Below the pieces are notes generated by a model, which did no database searches, was not told the origin of the DNA, and was given only the letters and a program-made list of their open reading frames with translations. 64,000 bases of DNA from Piromyces finnis finn. Taxonomy: Eukaryota > Fungi > Neocallimastigomycota. The translations under genes and the position numbers were made by a program. Of the stretch, positions 50,301 to 62,589 are shown in pieces (position 1 is the first letter of the stretch; every line of letters begins with the position of its first letter). The stretch covers positions 182,454 to 246,453 of the forward strand of contig MCFH01000069.1 of NCBI GenBank assembly GCA_002104945.1, read 5' to 3'.

Positions 50301-53300
50301 AGCAGACGTCACAAGAGCGGACATAATCCTTAACATCCTGATACATTTTGGGCCACCAATAGTTACGAGAAATCAAGGATAAAGTTTTCGAAATACCAAA
50401 ATGGCCGGCAGCAGGGGAGTCATGACAAGAAGACAGAATTTCAACGCGACAATCCTTAGGGACATAGATTTTATCTTGGAAAAGGAGAATGTTGTTACTA
50501 AGTTTGTAGTCAGAAGAACAATTATCATTAAGATTTTGATTAGAAGTCTCAATGAAGAATTTGTCAAGTTTACAAGAGAGAATGATTTTTTCAAAAAGAG
50601 AAGAAGGGGTGGATGAAAAAAAGCATGAACTGAAATTTTCGGGGCGAAAGACGGAGTTATGAGAGTCAGAATTGCAAGAGTGATCAAGATAGTCAGGTCT
50701 TCTTGTCAAGGAATCGGTTTTTCCGTTATAGGAACCAGGGCGATATTAAATAACAAAATCGAATTCAGCAAGGAAAAGGAACCATCTAATTAACCTCTGA
50801 GTCATCTTCTCTTGCTTCTTCTGAAAAAGAAGGTTTCTGTGGTCTGATATAATTTTGAAAGTATGATTTGCACCTTTCAAAAAATGTCTCCACACTTCCA
50901 AAGACGCGACGATAGCCAAAAGTTCTTTGTTATATATGGGGTAATTCTTTTCCGGATTTGTAAGGGATCTAGAAAAGAACGCAACAGGGTGAAGAATACT
51001 GTCGGATTTATTAACTTGAGAAAATACAGCACCTATGGCAAAGTTGCTTGCATCGGTTTCAACAACAAAAGGTAAGTCGACATCAGGATACGCAAGGATA
51101 GGCTGACTAATAAAGTACTTAACCAAAGTATCAAAAGCATCTTGAGCGGTATCGTTCCAAACGAAGGCGGTGTTCTTCTTGCAAAGTTGGTGAAGTGGGT
51201 GAGCAATTTTAGCAAAGCCAGGAATAAATCTACGATAATAATTGGCTAAGCCTAGGAAAGATTGTAACTCATAGACCGATTTAGGAGTCGTCCATTCAGC
51301 AATGGCTTTCACCTTATTAGGATCCATTCCGATACAAGAGGCGGAGATTCTATGACTAAGGAAGTCAAGACAAGGAGAGTCAAATAGACATTTTTCTAAT
51401 TTAGCATACAATCCGACTTTCTCAAGTCTACAAAGAACTTCATTGACGTGTTCACGATGTTCAATTATATTATCAGAGAAAATGATGATATCGTCAATAT
51501 ACGAAAAGACAAATTTACCGATAATGCCTTCAAGAACGTAGTTAATAAAATGTTGGAAAACTGCAGGAGCGTTCTTGAGACCGAAAGGCATTACCTGTAA
51601 TGAATACTAGAAATAACTAAATTGTCTTAGTGGTTAGTAGCTAAGACTTTGAGTTTGAATGACACTAGTTCAAGACCTCATAGATACTATTTTAAAAATT
51701 ATGATTTTATTTTATTTTATTTTTAAATTTTATTTTATATAAAGATTATTGATTGGTTAAGAATTTTAAGTTGAAAAAATTTTATAAATTAATTTAAAAA
51801 ATTTTTAGTATAAATACGAGTGAATTTTCCCAAATATTTTAAAGAATCGAGATTTTATTAATAAATAATTATATTATTAAACACTAACTTATTAAGTTAA
51901 ATTCTATGTGTTTTTAATGATATTTTTATAAATTAATAATTTACAGAATATTTTAAAGTGTTAATATTACTAAGTTATTTAGTAAATATTATAATTTGTT
52001 TTATTGTTAAAGACACATTTTTTTACATTATCAGATATTCGAAATGGCCAAATTGACAGGTGAAGGCGGTCTTATATTCATCGCCTTCTTTGATTCTTAC
52101 CAAGTTGTAGGCGGATCGAAGTTCTAGCTTCGAAAACACCTTGGCTTTTCCTAGATGATCCAACATATCTTGGATCAATGGGAGAGGGTACGAGTTCCTA
52201 ATGGTGATTTCGTTCAAGCGGCGGTAGTCGATACACATACGAAGTTCTCCACTCTTCTTCGGGACAAACAGAACGGGAGCACCAGCGGGCGATTTGGATT
52301 TGCGGATAATCCCCTTTTTTAAATTTTCATTAATGGTTTCTTCTAATCCCTTTGATTCTTTCTCGGTAAGTCGGTAGATTAGACCATAAAACAAGTTGCT
52401 ATTTGGTCTCAGGTTGATTTCACAGTCGTACGGGCGATGAGGGGGAAGTTTATCAGCGAACTTTTCCTCGAACACTTTGGAGTGCTGAGAGTAGTGAATT
52501 GGAATCTGGGGTGACTCAACTTCAGGTTTTTCTAAGCAAGTTAATACATTAAAAGGGTACTCAGGTGCATTTTCGGTTGGCATTTCACCCTTCGATTGGT
52601 CTTCAGGTTCAGAAGAGGTAGTATTAACAGATTCTTTCTTTAAGCAATTTTCTTTACAGTATTCGGAATGATAGGAAACGTCCTTACTAGCAAAATTGAT
52701 AGTCGGATTGTGAATGACTAGCCAGTCAGAGCCAAGAATACAACAGTAAGAAGGCAAGTCTACGACGTAAAATTGTAACTGGCATGAGTGATTCATGTGT
52801 TCCACAGTTATAGGCCAAGTCTGACCGATAATCTTTTGGCGACCTCCGATACCTATAATTTGTGGGCATTTTACTTTGGTAATTATAGGGATCTCGTGGA
52901 CCTTAACAAAGGCGTGGTCGATCAAACAGAACTGTGAACCGCTATCTAAGAGAACTTTAGTTCCGACGGATTTATATGGAAGAACAACATAAACATCGAT
53001 AACTGTTTGAGGTAAAGAGGAGTTATCCGAAAGTCGAGTGGATTTTTCTTGTTCATTCAAAACATGGACCCCAGCATTATTAGTATGATTTTCCTTTTTG
53101 ATTCTAATAGGGCATTCAGATAATCGGTGACCAGGTTTACCACAATATAAGCAGAGATTCTCTTTCATTCGGCGGCTACGTTCTTCACTTGAAATGGGGC
53201 CAAAATTATTTTCCTTCTTGGGCTGAGTGGATTTACTTGTAGATCTTTCTGAGGAGCGGGATTGGAAGCTTTGTTTAGAACGGAAACTTCTATTGGATTT

Positions 53301-54262
53301 CTGTTTATTTCCTCTTGATGGCATGCCAATCTACTCCCTATACGACTGGCTATTGTTTGTAAATTTATCAAGGTAGAAGGACCAGGAAACATCTGAAGGA
53401 TATGGGTGGCGATTATATCGTCCAACCCATCAACAAAAGCATCTATCTTGGCTTGTTCATTCCAAGTGGATTCATCAGCATAGTAGTTGAATTCCTTGAT
53501 ATACTCTTGAGTGTTGGATAGGCCATGCTGTTTGATCTTCTTGAGCTTTTGGTTGGCAGTATAGACCATATCCTGAAAACCAAAAGTAGCCTTCAGCTTT
53601 CCAACAAAGGCGCTATAATCCTGTAAGCAAGGATCATGGTTGTTAATCAAGGTAGCAGCCCAATTCATAGCATCCCCGTAGAGGCGGCTAACGACGTAGA
53701 AGACCTTTTCTCCATCGTCCCTTCCTATTTCAGGATGGATCATAAAGATCATGTCCATTTTGGCTAAGAATCCTCAGGTAGCGATGGTTGCCATCAAAAC
53801 CGTTCTTCAAATCGGCAGAGTTATCCATGAAAAAAATTAGAAGTAAGCAAATAAACGAGACACTAAGGTAGCGATCTTTTTCTTAGAGTGTTTTTATTGT
53901 AACGAAATATTATAATAATAAACACACTAAATTATGTAACTAATATATTTTTTTAATAATTTTTTATTTATTAAATTTATTATTATAATACAACTAACTC
54001 GCTAAGTCAGTGTATTATCGAACTAAAGACAAAACAAAAAAAAAATAATTTTATTAATTGTTAATAAAAACACTAAAGAACTATCTTCTCTTTAGTATTC
54101 TCTTTTATACATGAAGAAATAATTTTTTAATACAATTTGATAAGTTAATTAATTACTTAATGATTGGTTAAAAAAAGAAATATAATAATAATAATTTCTT
54201 TCATTAATCTAACCTTAATGATTTTCTAATCTAACCCTTATCAATAGATATACTTCGTTACA
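50301..54262 (-). mobile_element. Degenerate Ty3/gypsy element 2 (5' LTR, gag, pol; cut after the integrase Zn finger)
   Basis: TG...CA LTR at 53898-54262. gag ATG at 53828 with frameshifts. Zn knuckle CLYCGKPGHRLSEC, protease LDSGS, RT and RNase H (50746..51591). Integrase HDSPAAGH...CDVC ends at the junction with RPB1. Confidence 0.92.
51596..52027 (+). mobile_element. Solo LTR nested in the RT domain of element 2
   Basis: TG...CA termini. TSD TTACC (51591-51595) / TTATC (52028-52032). Splits the EYL^VMPFG motif. Near-identical in reverse complement to the LTR at 61563-62494. Confidence 0.92.
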
Positions 54263-54598
54263 ATATGATAAAGAACTTTTAGCTATTATAGTTGCTCTTG
54301 AAGAATGGCGTCATTATTTAGAAGGTACACGCCATCCTTTCTTAATTTATACTGATCACAAGAACTTAATTTTTCCTAGAAAACCTGAGATGTTATCTCA
54401 GAGACAAATTAGATGAAATTTGTTCTTATCCAGATTTGATTTAAAACTCATTTATAGAGCAGAAAAGAAATCCAGTAAGCCTGATATCCTGTCTCGTAGA
54501 AGTGATCATTTGGTGAATGAGCTCAATTCTGATGTTTCTTGTCTTACTATTTCTACTAACTACTAAGACAGTTTAGTTATTTCAAGTATTCGTTACAA
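54263..54598 (+). pseudogene. RNase H remnant of an older gypsy element, fused to an LTR end
   Basis: [21 protein letters not shown]...YTDHKNL...DILSRR with an internal stop, followed by ...CTAAGACAG...TTCGTTACA, which matches the LTR terminus family. Confidence 0.8.
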
Positions 54599-55517
54599 TA
54601 AGCCATAAATATTATTATTTAAGATAACACGAATTATATTAAAAAAAAATAAAATGTAACATAATTTATTTATTAATAATTAAAGTTTAAAATAGAATAA
54701 ATTATTAATTTATTTTTAATGTTTAACAAATAAATTAAATTTCTCAATTTAAATCCCTAGTTTTAGTATTGTTTTCCAATAGAAATTGTTAAGATAAATA
54801 TATATCTAGATAATTTAAAAATTAATAATAAAATAAATACTTAGAAAAATTATTTATAAAATTTATCAAATAAATTTTATGGAAGAATATATTAACAAAT
54901 TAATTTAGAAATAATTTAGTTAAAATTAAATCAAGATAAATATTTAAATTTATGGACCAAAAATATTTTGTTTAAATTTAAATATTTTTAATATTATAAT
55001 ACTTTTAATATTTAAAATGATTATAAATAAATTTTTTATTTAATTTCAGTGTAATTTAATAATTTTATATTATTTTATAAAATAGATTTAGTTTATATAT
55101 CAATAGGAAATATATTACGAATAGTATTGATAATATTAAATTAATTTATATATAATACATGGCTTTTATTCAATGTTGAGTCTTCTCAAAATGAATTAAA
55201 AGTGTATTTAATTTGTTTTAATTTAATTTATTATTTTATTATTTATTTAGATTATTTTTGTTTATTTTATATTGAATATATATTTTATTAAATAAAATTA
55301 TATTTTAGAATATAATCATTGAAAATTGTAAATACATTGTAAGTTTTCTAAAATATGATTGATGTAATTGATATTCTAATTTCTAATAATTAATGAAGTA
55401 ATCACTTTTAATAAAAAATATTTTTATGTTTAATTTGTTAATTGTTAAATATATAATCTAGTTTAAGATTAATATTTTAGAGAAATAAAATAGATAATAT
55501 ATAATTATTAAAGATTA

Positions 55518-55853
55518 ATATATCAAAAATACATATTCAAATTGAATAGTACTTAATTTGAATTGCCAATTGTATTTTACCAAAAATAGTTATAGTTTAA
55601 ATATTTATTAATAATTAAGATTTTAATATAGGTTTTAATTAATAATATATAGTAAATAAATAGTTATAATATAAAATAAATATATTTAGGAAAAATATAA
55701 ACAAAAGATATTTTTCATCATTTTATCGATGTAATTGTTATTAATAAATTTCTATTATAATAAAAGATATTTTATAAAGCAATTTTTTATTTCTATTTTT
55801 ATTTTTTGTGTTATTGTAATATTCTAAAATATTCTTTCTATATCAACTTTACA
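55518..55853 (+). repeat. Dispersed ~330-bp AT-rich repeat, copy 1
   Basis: Shares CATATTCAAATTGAATAGTACTTAATTTGAATTGC and GATATTTTTCATCATTTTATCGATGTAATTGTTATTAA with 58029-58359. Confidence 0.75.
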
Positions 55854-57483
55854 TTATTATTTAAAATTCCTAGTAATATTATTATCACAGGAAATTTCGA
55901 TAATATAAATTATTGTATACTTTATAAAGAGAAAGATTCACAACAATGAAATTACTAAAAGTTTCAAATAAACATAATTTAAATCAATTTCAATTCATAA
56001 TTTTACAAAATTCAAAGGATAGAAATTTCCTATGATTTATGTTTCACACAGTACTTGTAAAATTGCAATAGTTAAAGTACTTATTTATCGTAATCTTAAA
56101 GTAGATAAAGAAAAGTCTATTAAAACAAAGACATTAGTTTATATTACGAATAATTTTTCTTAATGAAATTTATAGTCGATTAGAAAAAGATAATTAAAAA
56201 TATCATAAAAATTATAATATAAGTAATTAAATTAATAAATATATATATATTTGGGAAGTAGTATTTATATCTTTAATTTTTTTTAACTTAATTTAAAATT
56301 TGTTTTTTTTAATATTTTCTCATTATAACAATATTTTGCACTATGCACTATATACGGAAATGTTATAATACAAAAACATTTAGATATTCAAATGAAAGAG
56401 CTATTACCAACATTGAATAATAATAATAAATCCTTTTTCTAAATTTTTCAGAGTTATATTATTTTAATGTATTTTTTGTTTCCTCTGTTAAAAAATATTA
56501 AGACCATGATATAAGTTATATTGGCCTTCAATCATATTTAGCTATAACTAATTTAGGAAATAAAAATTAATACTTCAAATTGAATAATAAACAATTCGAA
56601 TAATTTCTCATTTATATATTAAATTTACGCTGATAATACATAGCTATCCCAAGGTTAACATTTTTTATTATTAATTTAATTTGAAACAATGTTCTATTAT
56701 TCCAACATTAAAATTAAATTAATAATTTATTCTGTTTTGCGTTTTATTTTAATAAAATTAATAGTTTCTTTATTTCTATAAATGAGTTTATAAAATATAT
56801 CTATAATTAGTTGTGGCTTAAATTACATTTTAGTATATTGTGTGGCATCAATATCTTTATAATCTAGAAAAGATGCTCCTCTTTTTTGAGGCGTCGATTT
56901 TGACCCCTCTAAAATGGGGAATTTTCTATATCTTTTATAACTTAAAATTATTTAAATTTTTCAATTTTAAAATTTGCAAGTAGATTTTTTTCTACCAGCG
57001 TTATTACTATTAATGGCTCTGCATTTATATTTTCTATTTAAATTGTGTGGCTGATTTAAATAAATTATAGTTTATGGTGTGGCGCATATGTATTTAGTAC
57101 GATATTGTAAAATATTTTATTATACTTTTTTGGATTTTTATTAGATTTGCATATGTATAGAAATAGAAATTACTACCACAGCATTAAATTAAATAATTGG
57201 AAATTTATAGATAATTAATGGATGAAAACACTTTAGAATAGTAATCCTGAACTAAATTTTATCAAATATAATAAAAATACAAAAATAAAGAAAATTAAAG
57301 AATTAAAAAATTTTATTCAATCATTATTTTTTAAATTTTTAATTAGTATTTTAAAACCAATTAACTATTTTAATTATTATAATATATAAATATTCTACAT
57401 TATTTATATATTATATATATTAATCCTCAAATATATAAATATGCTAGTATTATTTAAAGTTCTTAATTCAGTTTTATTAAATA

Positions 57484-58027
57484 GTCATTCTAGTTTTTAT
57501 TCTGGTTGTTAAGGCGTTTCTTTAGAATACATAAGGCTTCTGGTTTGACTCCGCATATGTCAGTGCCTGTGGATTTTCCCACTGGGTTTGCCATGGGTTG
57601 GGTTATGATATTCAGGTAAGTATTAATGAACTTTTTAATTTACTACTATGATAATAACACTCGTCTAGCCGGCTTTAAAAGGTCAATTGTATATGGTACA
57701 TTCGAAATTAGAATTTAATAAGTGATGACTTAGGCTATGCTAAAAACACACAATATACCTTAATCAATTTAAGTGTAAACATTATGTGGCAGTTGTCACG
57801 TGATCATGTTGACTATAAGAGGCTTAGCATTGTAATTGTGAAATATCGCACAACGATATGTATCTAATATACATGGATTAAGTGAACGTCGAAGCTGAAG
57901 ATACAATATGACAGATCAGGGAGGTCACAACCACCTAGCAGTAGAAATAATTCAACGTTTCTTTAAGAACAACCATTGAGGCTAACTCCGATTGACGAAA
58001 GAAATACACTCAGAAGTCAAAAAAAAA
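57484..58027 (+). mobile_element. SINE-like retroposon, copy 2
   Basis: Colinear with 9077-9611 along its whole length. Degenerate B-box GGTTTGACTCC. Short A tail. No clear TSD. Confidence 0.85.
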
Positions 58028-58028
58028 T

Positions 58029-58359
58029 TATATCAATAATACATGGGCACATATTCAAATTGAATAGTACTTAATTTGAATTGCAGATTGTATTTTACCA
58101 AAATAGATTATAGTTTAAATATTTTATTAATAATTAAGATTTTAGTATAGATTTTAAATAATAATGTATAGGAAATAAATATATTTAGAAAAAATATAAA
58201 CAGAAGATATTTTTCATCATTTTATCGATGTAATTGTTATTAACAATCTTATTTAAAAATTAATTAAAAAATTCTTTTTATAAAAACATATTTTATTCTG
58301 TATTTTTATTGTAAAATATTAGATATCCTAATCTATTCGATTTTGTGTCTAGCTTTACA
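58029..58359 (+). repeat. Dispersed ~330-bp AT-rich repeat, copy 2
   Basis: Matches 55518-55853. Its 3' part matches 61451-61562 + 62500-62585 in reverse complement. Confidence 0.75.
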
Positions 58360-59507
58360 ATATTGATCAATCGAGATTTATATTTTCACATGATTATAAA
58401 ATAAATTGGAATATTAAGTTAATTATTAAAAATATAAAATTTTAACAAAATGTAAGTTTTTAAAATTTAAACAGACTTTTCAAAGTGTAAAATATTTATA
58501 ATTTAACAAAACACATTTAACATAAAATATTCAATCCAGAACAAACTAAATAATTTAAATAATAAATAGAAAAATATTTAATCACTTCATTTTAGATTTA
58601 AATTTTTAAAATTTTTTTCAAGATTATAATAGTAAAAAAATTAAACAAGCATATAATAATTTTGATATAATTTAGATCAATTCTCAGAAAGGTGAGACTT
58701 ATTTGGTAGTAATAGGTTCTAAGAATTCACATTTAATCGCATTTTAAACTTTGAGACATTTCAGGAAGAGATGTATTTCATTGACATATTCACGGAAAAC
58801 TAGTAATATGGATTTTAAAGAGTAGTTATTAATAAACGTCGATAATTTTTCGAATTGAAGTTTTAACAATATATAAATCTGATTATACCAACTATATATA
58901 ACATCAAAATTAGATAATATTATTATTTTATAAATATATTTTAAAATTGTTAATGCATTCTTTTAAAAAAATTGGATTTTCAAAAAAATTTAAATTTCTT
59001 TTATTTATTGTAAATGTTAAGCATATATAAACTATTTTCAAATTTATTTTATTAAAGTATATATATAAATGTAATTAGAATTTAAGAATCTCGTATAATT
59101 AGTATTTTAACATTTAAATTGAATTTATTCAACAAATTAATAATACTTACTAAAAATTTAAAAACTTTCTTTTAACATTAAAAAAATAGTATTATTATTT
59201 CTTATCTATATTTATGATAAATATTTTAAGATAATTTTAATGTCTATAATATTAAATATAATATAGTTTTCTTATTATTCAAATTTTATTTAAATGCTTT
59301 TATATACCATTATTTAATTTTTTATTAATAATACTTTACAAGTCTTATTTTTATTAATACATATTTAAGGCCAATAATTAAAATAATCTATTATTAAATA
59401 ATATGAATAATGTAAGCATTAAATAATCAAATTGTAAGCTATATTTATACGATACCATAATATAAAATATTGATAACAGTAGTGATAGAAATATTATAAA
59501 GAGCTAA

Positions 59508-60054
59508 TTTTTTTTAACTTCAATTGCACTTCTCCCATCAATCAGAGTAAGCCCCAATGGTGGCTCTTAGAGAAATGTTGGCTTTTTCCTATTGCTAAGT
59601 AATTGTGACTCCTCCTGATTTGTTATACTGAATCTTCAGCTTCGACGCTTACTTAATCCATGTACACTAGATGCATATCGTTCTACAATATTTCCAAACA
59701 TAATGCTAAGCCTCTTATATTCAATAATGATCACGTGACAAGTACCTCTTAATGATTACACTTAAATTGATTTAGGATTGTTGCTTCTCTATTTAGCATA
59801 GTCAAACCTAACACTTATAAAGTTCCAATTTGAAATGTACCATATACACTTTGCCCCTCTCTGGCCTACTGGATGAGTGCTAATATCATAGTAGTAAGTT
59901 TTAAAGTGCATTAATATTTATCTGGATATTATAACCCAACTCATATCAAAATTCAATATGTAAAATCCACGTGCACTGACATCTGCAATTTCGAACTATA
60001 AGCCTTATATATGCTAAATAAACTCCTTTACAACCATGATAAAACGGTAATTAC
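59508..60054 (-). mobile_element. SINE-like retroposon, copy 3 (more diverged)
   Basis: Reverse-complement match to copy 1. T-run at 59508-59515. B-box remnant AGTTCGAAA. Possible 7-bp TSD AAGAGCT at 59499-59505 and 60058-60064. Confidence 0.82.
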
Positions 60055-61562
60055 ATTAAGAGCTGAAAATTTACAAAATATACTTATTATTATGAAATAA
60101 ATTAATTTTTAAGTGTAATATATCACGTGATTGTTGTATGAGCATAATTAGCACTTTAAATTAGTATATCTTTTTATTACTAATAAATACGACCTTAAAC
60201 AAGAAATAAAGTATAAATTAATATAGTTTAACGAATAATTAATATATAATAAAAATTTTTGTCACGTGACTTGAACATATTGTATTCTTATTATTAAAAT
60301 TGAATAATGTACAGGTTAAAATATATCTATTATTAACCAATTTGGATAAAAATATAGTTCTATCTAAATATATAAATAAGGTTTTTACATCATTTTTAGG
60401 ATTAATTATTTATATTATATAATATTATATTTAAAACTAATTACAAAGATAAATAATAAATTAAATAAATATATTTGGTTTTAAATTAAAAATTGATATT
60501 TTGTTTAAAAAATCATAAAATGTACTAACATAATATATTAAAGTTATTTCAAATTAATTAGCATTATTTATATAATAATAAATTGTTATTAATAATATTA
60601 ATATCTTCCAATTAGTATTATGAAAAAAAAATAAAATTTTTAAAATATTATGAATTTTAAATTACACTTAAAAAAAAATAAAGGCATATAATGAAACTGG
60701 CATGTCTAGTTAATTTTAAACTGGAAATAATATTATCAAAGAAACAAAATGGAGTAGATTAATTTGGTATGCTATTTATGAACTCTTATGCTAATTTAAT
60801 ATTTATTACTTATAATATTAATCAGATTACCAGTTTTTGAATTAATAAAATACAAAATTAAAATAAAAATAAATTTTTTTAAAATATTTTTTATTTAGCA
60901 TTTAAAATAAAAATATAAAATATTAATTTCTTTTTTATAAATTATATATTTATATTTAATAGTATTATATTCTAATATATAATTAATTTTTTAATTTAAA
61001 ATATAAATTAAAATCAAATTTATATATATTAAGATTTCAGAATATGTATAAATCCTTTAAACATTTATAATATATTTTAAATCAGAGCTAATTAAGCAAA
61101 GAACTCTTACTTGATTACTTGAGAATGAAATAGATATGTCAGTTAAATAAACAACATTTTACATAAATAAAAGAATATTATATTCAACTTCTAAATTTTT
61201 ATTATAGATATGAAGTAGTTGAAATATATATCATCCACTTTAAATTAACCTCAAAAAACTACAAAACAAAATTCCCGATAATAAAAGTATATGTAAAGTT
61301 ATCAATATATCAATATTAAATGCTATTTCATTATATCTTTAATATAATTTAAGCTAATAATTACCCATTTTAGTATACTAAAATAGTTATAGTTTAAATT
61401 ATTTTATTAATAATTAATATTTTAGCATAGGTTTTTAATAATAATATATATGTAAAACTAAACACAAAATCGAATAGATTAGGATATGTCTAATCTATTA
61501 CAATAACAACACAAAATAAAATATTTTTTTATAAAAATAGTTTTTTATAAATTTATTGTAAT

Positions 61563-62494
61563 TGTAAAGAAATGTGTCTTTAACAATAAAACAAATTATA
61601 ATATTTACTAAATAACTTAGTAATATTAACACTTTAAAATATTCTGTAAATTATTAATTTATAAAAATATCATTAAAAACACATAGAATTTAACTTAATA
61701 AGTTAGTGTTTAATAATATAATTATTTATTAATAAAATCTCGATTCTTTAAAATATTTGGGAAAATTCACTCGTATTTATACTGAAAATTTTTTAAATTA
61801 ATTTATAAAATTTTTTCAACTTAAAATTCTTAACCAATCAATAATCTTCATATAAAATAAAATTTAAAAATAAAATAAAATAAAATCATAATTTTTAAAA
61901 TAGTATCTATTAGGTCTTTAACTAGTGTCATTCAGACTCAAAGTCTTAGCTACTAACCACTAAGACAATTTAGTCATTTCTAGTATTTGTAAGAAATATT
62001 TGTGACCATAAGTTTGCCCACAAATATTTCAATTGAAACCATATATTCTGGTCACCATTTATTGGCCAGATATAAGTATAACCATATATTAATGGTTATT
62101 AATTAAATAGGAAGTTTATTTGCTTTACCCAATCAAGTGGTAAAGAAAATAAACTCATATAGTTAAATAGTATAGTTAAAACTAATGTTAAATACTTTAG
62201 CGTTAGTATTAAAGTAAATTAGTAACTATAATAATAATTAATGTATTATAATTATACTAAATAAATAAAAGATATAATTAAAAATAATTATTTAAGTAAA
62301 TTTATTTCATAATAATATTTATATACATTTATATTTATTTTTGTGTTATAATATTTATTTTCCTTCTTTTATTATTTTTTTATAAAACTTTATTTAGTTA
62401 TTAACTCGTATAGAGAGGTAATAACTAACTTAATTGACTAGTTATATAACATATTATCTAATAATATAAGAAACCTTTTACAGTATTCGTTACA
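61563..62494 (-). mobile_element. Solo LTR (same family as 51596-52027), itself interrupted by another solo LTR
   Basis: TGTAAAG...CGTTACA termini. Perfect TSD GTAAT at 61558-61562 and 62495-62499. Confidence 0.92.
61988..62482. mobile_element. Nested solo LTR of a different family
   Basis: TGTAAG...TTTACA termini. Perfect TSD GTATT at 61983-61987 and 62483-62487. Confidence 0.88.
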
Positions 62495-62589
62495 GTAATA
62501 AAATTTTTAATAACAATTACATCGATTAAATTATGAATAATATCCTATTTATATTTTTACTAAATATATTTATATTATCTATACATTTC

